A stretch of 64,000 bases of DNA from a virus (lineage: Duplodnaviria > Caudoviricetes): positions 1 to 64,000 of IMG/VR virus record IMGVR_UViG_2879636102_000002, one strand, 5' to 3'. The notes under the pieces were generated by a model. It was not told where the DNA came from. It did not search any database and worked only from the letters and a program-made list of their open reading frames with translations. Below, piece after piece: positions 1-10,588 of the stretch. A program made the position numbers and the translations under genes. Numbering within the stretch: the stretch's first letter is position 1; the number at the start of each line of letters is the position of its first letter.

Positions 1-2
1 TT

Positions 3-422
3 TTGAATAATTTATCCAATTCAAAAACACAGGAATTTCTCGAAGAATTTTTGTTTGGCGAAGATATAGCTCTAAAAGCAGACCGGGATATCGAAACCAA
101 AGGTGGAGATATAAGCACGACGAAAGGTATCGATTGTTTAGTTGATGGACTCCTCGATAAAATGCGAATTCTTCCAGGTCAAATCCCAATGCATCCAGAT
201 ATCGGAGCTCTTCCCAAACCTGGATCTGTGCCAGACGATTTTCTCAATTTGGTAATCCCTAAAAAAATTCTAGATGATATACAATCTGACTTGGGTGTTC
301 AAACTGCAGATATTGTAGAATTCTCAATTGATTCTGATGCAATCTCTTACATTGTGAAGGTGAATCCAATTGGTGATTTCAAATCCTTTAAGTTAAGAAG
401 AGTTAGAGGCTTAATTGAGTGA
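3..422 (+). CDS. Probable baseplate wedge protein (gp25/gpW-like); 5' end may be at or beyond the window edge
   Basis: 139 aa with 'GDI...GIDCL...L...PGQIPMHPDIG', resembling gp25-like baseplate proteins; coupled to the next ORF. Confidence 0.55.
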   Translation: MNNLSNSKTQEFLEEFLFGEDIALKADRDIETKGGDISTTKGIDCLVDGLLDKMRILPGQIPMHPDIGALPKPGSVPDDFLNLVIPKKILDDIQSDLGVQTADIVEFSIDSDAISYIVKVNPIGDFKSFKLRRVRGLIE

Positions 423-1927
423 AAGTTAATGCCATTAAACCAGATTTTCAAGTTTTTCTATTTGGGTTTGTGCCGAATATCGTAAGTAGGTTATCTAGAA
501 GGCTTTCTCCAGGGGAAATCGCTGCTATGCGTTCTCCGATTGAAATTCCAGGAGAATTCATTGATTCTCTTACTTATGTAGATTCCGTTGATAATGGAAG
601 TTTTACCCTAACTCTCGCAAAAGGTGCAACAGGGAATATTATTACTACCTATGCTGGGAAAGTTCGCATTCGTGAAGTTTTGCGAACTGGTGAGCTCATT
701 GTAGTGACTGAATCACAAAAAACTAAGTTTGTTGGAAGAATTAAAACAGCCAATCACGTAAGTAATGTATCTGGAGAGCAAAGCTATGTGATTTCCGGGG
801 GAGGAATGGAAGACTGTATCCAGTCTCAAACCTTATTTATAGATTTCGACAACTCTGGTCCCAATATCGCGGGACAACCTGCTGAAAGTGTTTCCAATTT
901 GCCAATTCCTAAAATCCAAGCTGCGCTAAATATAATTTCTGAAGTGATTTCTGAATCGAAAACACCTAGCGGAATTATTGAATCACTTGCCGATGCTGCA
1001 ATAAGAACTCTACTTTCCAATGGGAACTACGGAGGTGAGATTTTTCGGGATCTCATAAGCTATAAATTTGATAAACTGTCTTACACTATCGGATTTATCC
1101 ATACAGTTCAATGGATCAACAATCAGAGTTTTGGGATTTCTCTTTCGATTTGGTCGCTTATGGCATCAATCGCAAAATCACCGCTATATGAACTTTTCTT
1201 CCATTACGATCAAGATTGCGCACTTTATGTTGGCGAAACAACTCCGCCAATTGAAAAAAAATCAAATGGCTTTGGCCTATTAGGATCTGATGACTATACG
1301 CCAGATATTTCACTTGCTAAATTAGTTTTTCGGAAAACCCCATTTGATAAGTTAGAAGACGATTTCTTCCTTCCATATTTTGGGATCTCTTCAGAGGTCC
1401 CTGAATCTCAATTCAACAGTTTTGACCTCACCGAATCCCAAGAGGATATTTTCTCTGGTGTTCATGTGAATCTCGGGATCCAAGATACCATCACCGGACT
1501 CGCTTTAAATCCAGTTACATATAATCCATCTTTACTTGCTAAATTTGGACAAAGAGTAATGCAGATTACAATGGATGGAGTAGGGATGCCTCCAGAGTTG
1601 CAAGCACCTGGTTCACAAACAGGTAAGATTGCGTCCCTTCTCAAGATTCAAGAGAAATTATACGAAACATTTGGAACAGGCGAACGGATATTCACGGGTT
1701 CATTTTCTGGATTTTATTTTCGTGGATTATGCAAAGGACAAATCATGCGTCTTACGGATGATGATGGCTTTTCCGATTCTCTACACAAAGAAATCAAACA
1801 ATATCATCCTAATTTTTATGTGACCGGTGTTCGAGTAACCTGGCGACCTGGTTCAGGAATCGCAACTCAAGAAACAATGGTTAAATGGGGGAAACGAATC
1901 GAAAACGCCGCTTGGGAAATAGATTAG
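419..1927 (+). CDS. Probable baseplate hub / tail-associated protein
   Basis: 502 aa with hub-like layout (FTLTL, YVISGGGM, PLYELFF, FRKTPF, FYVTGVRVTW near the C-terminus); baseplate context. Confidence 0.5.
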   Translation: MKVNAIKPDFQVFLFGFVPNIVSRLSRRLSPGEIAAMRSPIEIPGEFIDSLTYVDSVDNGSFTLTLAKGATGNIITTYAGKVRIREVLRTGELIVVTESQKTKFVGRIKTANHVSNVSGEQSYVISGGGMEDCIQSQTLFIDFDNSGPNIAGQPAESVSNLPIPKIQAALNIISEVISESKTPSGIIESLADAAIRTLLSNGNYGGEIFRDLISYKFDKLSYTIGFIHTVQWINNQSFGISLSIWSLMASIAKSPLYELFFHYDQDCALYVGETTPPIEKKSNGFGLLGSDDYTPDISLAKLVFRKTPFDKLEDDFFLPYFGISSEVPESQFNSFDLTESQEDIFSGVHVNLGIQDTITGLALNPVTYNPSLLAKFGQRVMQITMDGVGMPPELQAPGSQTGKIASLLKIQEKLYETFGTGERIFTGSFSGFYFRGLCKGQIMRLTDDDGFSDSLHKEIKQYHPNFYVTGVRVTWRPGSGIATQETMVKWGKRIENAAWEID

Positions 1928-2301
1928 TCCCATTCTAAAGTTGAATACCAGTCTTCTAAATCCTCTTTTGATTCATGAATTGTCTCTTCAACTTCAATTT
2001 CACAGCCGCAGAGTGGATGAACAGGAGCACATAACCAATATGAGGTCTTATTTCTACCTACATTATTTTTTCCTGGCCACACAGCGATTTTTGCTTTTGG
2101 ATCTCCTTTTATAATATCTTCACCACCATAGAAACTTGAATTCTCAAAATCACTTTGACTTTTGAAAAGTCTGACTACCGTTCCCCAATGATCTGAGCAA
2201 AATTCGCATGAATGCCTAGTTTTAGTTTTAGCTTTCACAAACGAAAAACTGGTGTCATGTAAATGTTCTTTGTCTATCTCGAAGTGTTCCCAAAAATTCA
2301 T
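1924..2301 (-). CDS. Stand-alone C-terminal MuF (SPP1 gp7-like) metal-binding domain
   Basis: CEFC...VWPGKNNVGR...W..APVHPLCGC matches the CxxC...PxHPxCxC tail of MuF head morphogenesis proteins. Confidence 0.55.
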   Translation of the reverse strand: MNFWEHFEIDKEHLHDTSFSFVKAKTKTRHSCEFCSDHWGTVVRLFKSQSDFENSSFYGGEDIIKGDPKAKIAVWPGKNNVGRNKTSYWLCAPVHPLCGCEIEVEETIHESKEDLEDWYSTLEWD

Positions 2302-2990
2302 TAGTAGTGTTTTAAAACCTCGGAAAGGATTGTGTTCAATTTTCCCTTAATCACAAGAAACTTGGCCGAGTTATCTGGTGTTAAGCTCGATGTCCCGGGT
2401 GCTGTACACTGAACTGTGATTTTAGTGATTTCGTCACAGATTTCTTCTAGGATTGATTTCAAAGTTTCTCCTTGTGCAGCTTTTTCCAGAGAGTTTAGAA
2501 TTGGTGGAATTGTGTGATCGATTTGGACTCTGGTAGTATCTAATTTATCTTTAAAGAGAACTTTATTTTTATCCCATTTTGTTCGATGGCCAGATTCGTG
2601 GCCGACGGATGTTTCTTCAGAATCGAATTGAGTAGAATGTTTAAGTAGTGAACTTTTTCCTTTTGTCTCAGCTGCAAATGGATATACCTGGATGACTATC
2701 GGATTGTCTCTACGATTTTGGAGAAATCCAACAAGTACCATTTGGCCTTCTCGGTATCCAAATTTGAATCCCGAGAGAAAGCCCAATAGACCGATATAAG
2801 GTCCCGGGAGGCGGACTTTCTTTAGAATCTGGCCATTGAAAAGCCGAATGTCGGCCCGGTATTTCATAAGTCCACCGCTAAGAGAATCGATTTCACCTAG
2901 CTCCAATCCATTCATGATGCCTGGTTGTGCAAGACTAGGTGGTGCAAACGCAACTTTCGATTGTCTTCCAAATGATGGGAATTCTGGCAT
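2301..2990 (-). CDS. Baseplate spike / gpV-like protein
   Basis: N-terminal OB-like region (G.MVLVGF....DNPIVI) and GxxL...G.S..P.N C-terminus typical of spikes; ATG at 2990 lies directly behind the late promoter motif, so the ORF-track TTG start is probably an artefact. Confidence 0.55.
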   Translation of the reverse strand: MPEFPSFGRQSKVAFAPPSLAQPGIMNGLELGEIDSLSGGLMKYRADIRLFNGQILKKVRLPGPYIGLLGFLSGFKFGYREGQMVLVGFLQNRRDNPIVIQVYPFAAETKGKSSLLKHSTQFDSEETSVGHESGHRTKWDKNKVLFKDKLDTTRVQIDHTIPPILNSLEKAAQGETLKSILEEICDEITKITVQCTAPGTSSLTPDNSAKFLVIKGKLNTILSEVLKHY

Positions 2991-3027
2991 GGGAAGGGAC
3001 AAATTCGTGGATTTTGTAATTTGTCAA
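2991..3027 (-). promoter_or_regulatory. Putative late promoter copy 1 (leaderless)
   Basis: TTGACA-N18-TTTGTC-CCTTCCC-ATG. Confidence 0.75.
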
Positions 3028-3110
3028 CGGAAAAGAATCAATTAATAGAGCTTCTACGTTATCCAAATTGGTTGACTCATTGGTTCCTTGTATTCTAATT
3101 TTGCATACCG

Positions 3111-5888
3111 ATGGCATTATCACCTAACGAAATTAAATCTAGAGCAATTTCATTTATTCACGACCATAAAGATGACAAATACGAAAAGGGGGAGTCTCAA
3201 ATATTCTGGAGAGATTTCTTTAATATATGGGGTATTAGCGCTAAAAAAGTAGGGATCTTTGAAGAGAGAGCAAAAACTTTAAAGCAAACGACGGGATTTA
3301 TTGACTATTTTTGGCCCAAAACGATTCTGATAGAACAGAAGAGTCGTGGTGAAGATTTAGATAAAGCATATAAACAAGCATTAGACTACTGTTTAACCGG
3401 AGGTATCCCTGATGAAGAACTTCCAAGTTATATTTGTGTATGCGATTTTGAAAGACTTCGATTGGTAAATTTTACAGACCATAAAAAATCAATAGAATTT
3501 AAAATCACCGATCTTCTAGACCACCTTCAACGATTTAATTTTTTACTCGGATATGAACAACGGGAATACAAAGATGAAGATCCAGTAAATATCAAAGCTG
3601 CAGAGCTCATGAAGAAATTGCATGATGAGCTAAAGAGGAATGGATTCCAGGAACATCCTCTAAAACTTATGCTTGTTCGTCTGATGTTTTGTTTCTTTGC
3701 CGATGATACTGGAATATTCAATAAAGACGATTTTCTTTTCTTCCTGAAAGAACGTACCAAGCAGGATGGTAGCGACTTAGGGCTTTGGATTGCTCAATTC
3801 TTCCAAGTACTCAATACCCCTACGGAACAAAGGCTCGCAAACCTAGATGAAGACCTTGCAAAATTCCCTTATGTCAATGGGCAATTATTTGAAGAATCAA
3901 TTCCATTCGCACAATTTGATAGTGTGTTACGTGATATTTTAATTCAAACTTGCGAATTTAATTGGGCTCTTGTTAGCCCTGCTATTTTCGGAAGTTTATT
4001 CCAATCTGTAATGAATACCGCTGAAAGGAGAGAGCTTGGAGCACATTACACGAGTGAAAAGAATATATTAAAGACTATTCATGGACTTTTTCTGGATGAT
4101 CTGCTGGAAGAATTTGAAACTTTAAAATCAAAAAAGAGTATTAAAGGGCTCGATGAACTATTGGCTCGGATTAGAAAAATTAAAATACTCGATCCAGCCT
4201 GCGGTTGCGGTAACTTTTTAATTTTATCCTACCGCGAACTTCGACGTCTTGAAATCAATTTATTAAAGGAAATCAGAAAACTCAAAGGACTTGGACTTGA
4301 GTTATCAATTCAAACACTTGAAAGTCTCGATGTTGATTGTTTATACGGAATTGAAATCGAAGAATTTCCTGCTCAAATTGCAAAAACGGCAATATGGATT
4401 ATGGATCATTTGATGAATGTCGAAACAGGTAAAGAATTTGGAGAGTATTACGTTAGGCTCCCATTGAAGAAATCTCCAATGATTGTCTTTGGGAATGCTC
4501 TAAAATTGAAATGGGAAGAAATAATCAGCCCGAATGAAATTTCATACATTCTGGGGAATCCTCCATTTATTGGTCATCATTTACAAACAACAGCTCAGAA
4601 AGAAGAACTCAATGTAGTACTAAATGAAATTCAGGCTTCAGGTGTAATGGATTATGTTTGTGCGTGGTATATGTTGGCTGCTAGATACATTCAAAAAAAT
4701 CCAAACATCCTTGTTGCATTTGTTTCGACAAATTCAATAACTCAAGGCGAGCAAGTAGGAATCTTTTGGAAGCCTATGATTGAAAAATATGGAATCTCAA
4801 TTTTTTTCGCTCATAGAACCTTTAAATGGAGTAATGAGGCAAAAGGGAAAGCTGCAGTTTTTTGCGTAATAATTGGGTTTTCAAAAATAGAAAAAAGAAA
4901 CAAAAGAATCTTCTTTTATGAAAATGCTAATGCTGAACCAGTTGAGAAGAATGCATCTAATATAAACCCTTATCTAAACCAAGGGAAAAATATATATCTT
5001 GATAACAGAAGTCATCCTCTTTTTGATCATACTCCAAAAATGCTTTATGGTTCAAAACCAACTGATGATGGAAATTTTCTTTTAACAGAAGAAGAATTTA
5101 ATACTGCAATTCTAGATGATAATCGAATTAAAGAATTTGTGCGCCCCTTTGTAAGCGCGAAAGAATATCTAAACGGATTAAAAAGATATTGTATTTGGTT
5201 GGATGAAGTAGATCCATCTCTATACAAAGATATTCCATTCATTATGAAGCGAATTGAAAAGGTTCGGAAGTTCCGATTGGAGAGTAAAGCACTATCTACA
5301 AGATCTTATAAATATCATCATCTTTTTAGGCAAGTTACACAGCCGAAGTCTGACTATATTTTAGTTCCGAGACATTCTTCCGAAAATCGATTGTATGTTC
5401 CGTTTGGCTTTTTTTCAAAAAATGACATAGTTGCAGATAGTTGTTTTTCAATTCAAAATGCAAACCGTTATCATTTTGGGATTATAACTTCACTTATGCA
5501 TAATGCTTGGATGCGAGTCGTATGTGGTAGAATCAAGGGAGATTACCGATATTCAAAAGATATTGTTTACAATAACTTTCCTTGGCCAGAAAATCCTTCA
5601 GATAAACAAAAAGAAGAAATAGAAAAACTTGCTCAATCGGTTTTGGATGCCAGAGCGCAATTCCCTGAGTCCTCGTTAGCTGATCTCTATGACCCACTAA
5701 CAATGCCAAAAGTCTTGCGGGATGCTCACAATAAACTGGACAAAGCCGTGGACAAGGCTTACCGACAAAAGCCATTCCAGTCTGAGTCAGAAAGAGTAGA
5801 ATTCCTCTTTGAACTCTACGAAAAATATACAAATACACTCACATCACAAATAAAGATTCCAAAAAAGAAAGGAAAAATAGGGGAATAG
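3111..5888 (+). CDS. MmeI-family type IIL restriction-modification enzyme (endonuclease + N6-adenine MTase + target recognition domain)
   Basis: N-terminal E..Q.FW..FF, IDYFWP.ILIEQKS (PD-(D/E)xK), GAHYTS, DPACGCGNF (motif I), GNPPF (motif IV), YNNFPWP, LADLYDP. Confidence 0.9.
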   Translation: MALSPNEIKSRAISFIHDHKDDKYEKGESQIFWRDFFNIWGISAKKVGIFEERAKTLKQTTGFIDYFWPKTILIEQKSRGEDLDKAYKQALDYCLTGGIPDEELPSYICVCDFERLRLVNFTDHKKSIEFKITDLLDHLQRFNFLLGYEQREYKDEDPVNIKAAELMKKLHDELKRNGFQEHPLKLMLVRLMFCFFADDTGIFNKDDFLFFLKERTKQDGSDLGLWIAQFFQVLNTPTEQRLANLDEDLAKFPYVNGQLFEESIPFAQFDSVLRDILIQTCEFNWALVSPAIFGSLFQSVMNTAERRELGAHYTSEKNILKTIHGLFLDDLLEEFETLKSKKSIKGLDELLARIRKIKILDPACGCGNFLILSYRELRRLEINLLKEIRKLKGLGLELSIQTLESLDVDCLYGIEIEEFPAQIAKTAIWIMDHLMNVETGKEFGEYYVRLPLKKSPMIVFGNALKLKWEEIISPNEISYILGNPPFIGHHLQTTAQKEELNVVLNEIQASGVMDYVCAWYMLAARYIQKNPNILVAFVSTNSITQGEQVGIFWKPMIEKYGISIFFAHRTFKWSNEAKGKAAVFCVIIGFSKIEKRNKRIFFYENANAEPVEKNASNINPYLNQGKNIYLDNRSHPLFDHTPKMLYGSKPTDDGNFLLTEEEFNTAILDDNRIKEFVRPFVSAKEYLNGLKRYCIWLDEVDPSLYKDIPFIMKRIEKVRKFRLESKALSTRSYKYHHLFRQVTQPKSDYILVPRHSSENRLYVPFGFFSKNDIVADSCFSIQNANRYHFGIITSLMHNAWMRVVCGRIKGDYRYSKDIVYNNFPWPENPSDKQKEEIEKLAQSVLDARAQFPESSLADLYDPLTMPKVLRDAHNKLDKAVDKAYRQKPFQSESERVEFLFELYEKYTNTLTSQIKIPKKKGKIGE

Positions 5889-5990
5889 CCAAATTTCGTA
5901 TTCTAAAAATAATAAAGATCAAATAAAATCAATCAAACTTGATTTGATCAAAACGCCAATTTAGATTATGGAAAGGAACATTTAATTCAA

Positions 5991-6920
5991 ATGGATTATC
6001 ACTTAGAAAATTTATCGGAGGATGACTTCGAAAAGCTAGTCAATGTTATATGTCAGAAAATTCTTGGAACTGGGATTGTGAGTTTTTCAAAAGGACGTGA
6101 CGGTGGTAGGGACGGGAGGTTTTTCGGAACTGCTAATTCCTTTCCATCTAATTTATCTCCATGGAAAGGGAAATTCATTATACAATCGAAACATACAAGT
6201 GATTATCAAGCAAGTTGTTCAGATAATACATTTTTTGAAAACAAAACTAGTGTTGTAAAATTGGAAATCGAAAAAATTAAAAATTTAAAGATAAAGAATG
6301 AAATCGATAATTATCTGCTTTTTACGAATAGAAAAGAAACCGAGACGCGAGAAAATGCAGTAAAATACATAAAATCAGAAACCGGTTTAGAAAACGTCGA
6401 TATTATTGGAAAAGATACTATACAAAGTTGGTTATCCCAAAATATAATTATCGTAAAACAATTTCGATTAGATAAATTTGCTACTCCTTTCGATTTCTAC
6501 GAAAATGATATCAAAGATTTAATTCAAATATTTCATGAAAATACTCCAAAATTTACGAATATCAGTTTAGTAGTGGATAGGCCTGCAATTGAAGAGAAAA
6601 ATAAAATAAATAATTTAGATTCATCGTATTTTGAGAATATATTGATTGAAGACTTAAATAAGTATCATCAGAAAATATTAGAGTTTTTAACTGATCCGAA
6701 AAATGAAGTTTTTGCAGGATTTTATGAGGAAACAAGCATTGAACTCAAAAGGGTAATTGAAATCAATATTGATAAGTTCGAAAATTTCAAGCATGTATTC
6801 GATTTTCTTACAAGATATATTCTGGACAAAGAACCAGAAAGATTAAAAAAATACAGGAATATAATTCCAGCATTTTTTCATTTCATGTATTATCAATGTG
6901 ATATTGGGAGAGAAAAATGA
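5991..6920 (+). CDS. lmuA: Lamassu/ABC-three-component effector: Mrr/REase-like nuclease + C-terminal domain
   Basis: 'L..DDFEKLV...GRDGGRDGRF...IIQSKH' REase fold; C-terminal 'FMYYQCDIG'; first gene of an overlapping triad. Confidence 0.75.
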   Translation: MDYHLENLSEDDFEKLVNVICQKILGTGIVSFSKGRDGGRDGRFFGTANSFPSNLSPWKGKFIIQSKHTSDYQASCSDNTFFENKTSVVKLEIEKIKNLKIKNEIDNYLLFTNRKETETRENAVKYIKSETGLENVDIIGKDTIQSWLSQNIIIVKQFRLDKFATPFDFYENDIKDLIQIFHENTPKFTNISLVVDRPAIEEKNKINNLDSSYFENILIEDLNKYHQKILEFLTDPKNEVFAGFYEETSIELKRVIEINIDKFENFKHVFDFLTRYILDKEPERLKKYRNIIPAFFHFMYYQCDIGREK

Positions 6921-7174
6921 TAAAACCTCATAAATATTTAAATTTAGATTTGTCGATATTAAATATTTCTGCTTTTATCCTTCAGGATTTAAAAAAAAAT
7001 TCTATTTTGTCTTACAATGATGTTATAAATTCCAGCATAAATAAATTTGGAGAAAATGTAAAAGACACAATCCCATTCGCACTTAGCTTTTTATTTATGC
7101 TCGATAAAATCGAATACCTTGGCAATGAATTGGATGCCTTCCAATTAAAGGGATATTTAATTGAAACTCAGTAA
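6917..7174 (+). CDS. lmuC: Lamassu/ABC-3C middle component
   Basis: 85 aa, 'IKPHKYL....S.....A.IL...ALSFLFMLDKIEY'; overlaps both neighbours. Confidence 0.7.
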   Translation: MIKPHKYLNLDLSILNISAFILQDLKKNSILSYNDVINSSINKFGENVKDTIPFALSFLFMLDKIEYLGNELDAFQLKGYLIETQ

Positions 7175-9014
7175 ATTGTACTCAAATAAACTTTTCCACA
7201 ATATAAAATTCAATACAAACAGAGACAAAATAAATATTATTATTGGGGACTCGAAAAAAAAAGAAACGGAAAAGGATCAGCACAATTTAGGGAAATCTAA
7301 AATTTTAATTTTAATCGATTTTTTATTATTAAAGAAAAAACATTCTGATTTATTTTTATTCACAACAAAATTAAAATCTGATCCGGAGTCGCCAAATTCA
7401 GGAAGCATTATAAAAAATTCTGAAATTATTGCGACCTCAGATAAAGGATCTTTACTATTCCAAGGATACGAATTTTATTTAGAGATTTTATTGAATAGTG
7501 GGAAATATCTCGTAATAAAAAGAACCATTGAGAATCCTACGAAAATTTCATTTAAACATTTAGAAAAATCTGATGAAGGTTTTATTTGTTATTCTGATTG
7601 GGACGAAGAAAATATTCCAATTGATAAAGCAAAGTCTAGGTTAAATGAACTACTAAATTTCGATTTTAGCCGAAATTACCAACTAGACTATCGTAAACTT
7701 GTAAATTATTCTTTGAGGATGCAAGGAGATTATGATTATCAGAGGAATAGCATTTTTCAATTAAGTAAATTCAAAGGTAAGGATAAGTTTTGGAAACCCT
7801 TAATGTTTGCTTTGTTAGGATTTAATAAAGAAATTCCACTTAAAAAATATAACCTGGAAAATAAAATTAATGATGATAAAAATACTATCAAAGAGCAAAA
7901 AATTACATTCGACATTAATCCGACAGAAATTGATAGTTTGGTTGGCCAAAAGCAGGTCAAAGAACTCGAGTACTCTGATTTACAGAACGAGATTGACAGC
8001 TATAATTTTTATAATCAAGATCGCGAGATTATAGACAATTTGGTAGGTAGTTTAGAAAATAATATTTCAGCACTAAATTCTCAGCTATATAATTTAGAAT
8101 ACGATATAAACAAACTAAATCAATCCATAAAAAATGGATTTTCTTTTGATACAGAGAAAATAAAAACACTATTTGAAGAATTCAATGTTTATTTTCCAAA
8201 TCAACTTTTAAAATCTTATGAACAGCTGGTAGATTTTAACAAAAGGATAACCAAGGAGAGAAACGAGCAAATAAGAGATTCTTTGATAAAAAAACAACTG
8301 GAAGTTACAAACATTACGACGGAATTAATTTCTCTAAATGCACAAAGAGAAAAATACAGAGATATTTTAAATGATTCAGCAATTATTAAGAAATACAAAG
8401 AATATCAAAGAAAAATGGTGAAACTAGAAACCGAAATTTTACTGATAAATACAAAACTTAATAGTATTCAAAAAATTGAAGCCAAAGAAAATGAAATTAA
8501 GACCACCATAGTAAAAGAATTAGATGGCGTTATCGAAGAACTAAAAAGCACAATCGCGAGTACGGGAAATAATGAAAAGTATGCTAAAATAAGAAGATTA
8601 TTTTCGGATATTACTAGAAAGATTACTCATTCGCAAGCTTATATTTCAATGGCATTAAATCAAAGTTCAAACATTGAATTTGAGTGTAAATACGAAAATA
8701 GTGCTAAAGATGAAGGAACTACATATTATAAATTACTCTGTATTGCTTTCGATATTGCAATTCAATCCGTTTATTCGAGCGAATCATATTTTCGGTTTAT
8801 ATTTCATGATGATGCATTTGCAAATTTAGCAAACACTCGCAGAATTGATCTTTTAAAAACTGTAAGGGAATACACAAAGAAATACAATATTCAATATATT
8901 TTCTCTATCATAAAAGATGATATACCAAGTAATTTTTCATATGAAGATGATGAGGTGATTTTGGAGCTCCACGATAGAGATGATTCGGGGAAGTTATTTT
9001 ATATGAGCTTTTAA
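7161..9014 (+). CDS. lmuB: SMC-like ABC ATPase (DUF2326-type), Lamassu sensor
   Basis: HNLGKS Walker A-like motif, long coiled coil, 'FIFHDDAF' Walker B/D-loop, terminal 'GKLF..F'. Confidence 0.8.
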   Translation: MKLSKLYSNKLFHNIKFNTNRDKINIIIGDSKKKETEKDQHNLGKSKILILIDFLLLKKKHSDLFLFTTKLKSDPESPNSGSIIKNSEIIATSDKGSLLFQGYEFYLEILLNSGKYLVIKRTIENPTKISFKHLEKSDEGFICYSDWDEENIPIDKAKSRLNELLNFDFSRNYQLDYRKLVNYSLRMQGDYDYQRNSIFQLSKFKGKDKFWKPLMFALLGFNKEIPLKKYNLENKINDDKNTIKEQKITFDINPTEIDSLVGQKQVKELEYSDLQNEIDSYNFYNQDREIIDNLVGSLENNISALNSQLYNLEYDINKLNQSIKNGFSFDTEKIKTLFEEFNVYFPNQLLKSYEQLVDFNKRITKERNEQIRDSLIKKQLEVTNITTELISLNAQREKYRDILNDSAIIKKYKEYQRKMVKLETEILLINTKLNSIQKIEAKENEIKTTIVKELDGVIEELKSTIASTGNNEKYAKIRRLFSDITRKITHSQAYISMALNQSSNIEFECKYENSAKDEGTTYYKLLCIAFDIAIQSVYSSESYFRFIFHDDAFANLANTRRIDLLKTVREYTKKYNIQYIFSIIKDDIPSNFSYEDDEVILELHDRDDSGKLFYMSF

Positions 9015-9176
9015 TTTAATTCAAATTTATGATAAATTTAGACTATATACAATAACCTCGTTTAATTTTCACTAAATCAGATAAAAACCAATTTGGAAAT
9101 TTTCGCTGTCCTGGATTTGGGTACTAGCCATATCTAATGGTCTTGACTAGACTTTAGCCTAATCTTAAGTTAGTTC

Positions 9177-9455
9177 ATGAAAAATTTTCTATTCATTCTT
9201 TTCTTTTTAACAATTACATTTCCTATTTTCAGTAAAGACGAAAAACCGAATGAGGCCAACGGGCATGATTTGGTCTGCAAGCAAATTAGAATTATTGCAG
9301 GTGATGACTCACCTATAGTTAAAATGATGTCAGAGTTGACCAATCCCAATAGTGAAGGCGGAATGCTGGCAATGGCAGGGGTAGTCCGATGTGAGAATTC
9401 CACTTCAATTTGCTATGGCGCTTCTGGAAGTGCGCTTTCTTGTCACAAAAAATAA
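9177..9455 (+). CDS. Small secreted Cys-containing protein (moron)
   Basis: Sec-type signal peptide and 4 Cys; TTGACT-N17-TAAGTT ends 5 nt before the ATG. Confidence 0.6.
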   Translation: MKNFLFILFFLTITFPIFSKDEKPNEANGHDLVCKQIRIIAGDDSPIVKMMSELTNPNSEGGMLAMAGVVRCENSTSICYGASGSALSCHKK

Positions 9456-9767
9456 TACTGAACCAAGCTTATACTGCGCAATCGTTCCCCTTACGTTAAA
9501 ATACAACATCAACGAGGAGAGTTTGCAGTTCTGGGCCTCAGAGAGCAAAAACCGTATAAATTGCCACTAATTAGATAATAGGAGGAAATTGCTTCAAATT
9601 TGGAGTTAAATAAATAAAAAAATTGACGATAGTAAAGACATAATCTAAAAAGTGGTCTAAAGATTACCGTCGTTAAATACAGAATCGGTAAATGTTTCAA
9701 CTCGGGCCGACTTTCTGGGCTCTTAGACATAATTAGAAGAACGAATTACAAGTAAGGCAATAAAAAA

Positions 9768-10307
9768 ATGGATCAGGAGTTTACGGATTTAGTCGTAAAA
9801 AATGCGAAATCAATAGCGGTTTCTCATTTATGGGCTTTTTACAGGGACAAAGATGATTCGCAATTTTCTAGAAACCCAAGCTTAGACTATCATTTACATT
9901 TCATTTCGTTTGATGATGACAATGAAAATATTGGATTTTTATGTCTGGATACAGGAGATTTCCTTTTTTCGGACAGGGCGACTTTTGGGAATAGCACCCA
10001 TAGAGTATTGAAAACGGAATTGATTCACACCTTCATAGACAATTTAACAAATTATTTAAGTGTTCAAGGAAAAGACAAAGACCTAGTGGAGCAAATTGTA
10101 TTAAACAAATGCCCTCAAGTTATTTGGGATAAATTCAATGAAATAAAGAATGCAACTTTCTTTAAAAGCATAACTGGATTAGCGAATTACCTCGATACCC
10201 GAAAAGTGGTTACGGGTAAAACTCATGATATTCATTCTCAACCGGAAACTTACAAGAATTTTGAGTATGAAATCTTGGAGGAACGAGGTTTACAGACAGT
10301 AAACTAA
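9768..10307 (+). CDS. Hypothetical protein, HicB-like antitoxin fold suspected
   Basis: 'FISFDDD..IGFLCLDTG...LIHTFIDNL..YL...P..W..F' resembles the HicB partial RNase-H pattern; RBS AAGG. Confidence 0.4.
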   Translation: MDQEFTDLVVKNAKSIAVSHLWAFYRDKDDSQFSRNPSLDYHLHFISFDDDNENIGFLCLDTGDFLFSDRATFGNSTHRVLKTELIHTFIDNLTNYLSVQGKDKDLVEQIVLNKCPQVIWDKFNEIKNATFFKSITGLANYLDTRKVVTGKTHDIHSQPETYKNFEYEILEERGLQTVN

Positions 10308-10308
10308 A

Positions 10309-10557
10309 ATGTTATTTCAAGACGCTCTAAAAGAAATAGTTGAATATGCGAATAGCAAAGGTGTAACCATATTAAATAAAGAACAATGGACGATTTTCCA
10401 GATACAAAGAAATGGTATCTTGATTGAATTACTGAAAATTCCAAGAAGAGAAAATACAAATACAAAGATTCATAAAAGTTTTCTCTCTCAATGGAAATCT
10501 AAAATCGATGACTGCGAAAAAGTTTTCATAGAATTTGCCCAGACCCAAAAACCTTGA
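10309..10557 (+). CDS. Hypothetical protein, HicA-like toxin fold suspected
   Basis: 82 aa with an alpha-beta-beta-beta-alpha pattern (LKEIVEYANSKGV...WTIFQI...LLKIP...IHKSFLSQW); 1 nt after the previous stop. Confidence 0.4.
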   Translation: MLFQDALKEIVEYANSKGVTILNKEQWTIFQIQRNGILIELLKIPRRENTNTKIHKSFLSQWKSKIDDCEKVFIEFAQTQKP

Positions 10558-10588
10558 CAAGCATTACCGCCTACGTCTAGATTAGGCA

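Noticed and set aside
5915-5955. ATCAAA/TTTGAT repeats upstream of the Lamassu operon
   Set aside because: Short, AT-rich and irregularly spaced; not distinguishable from background.
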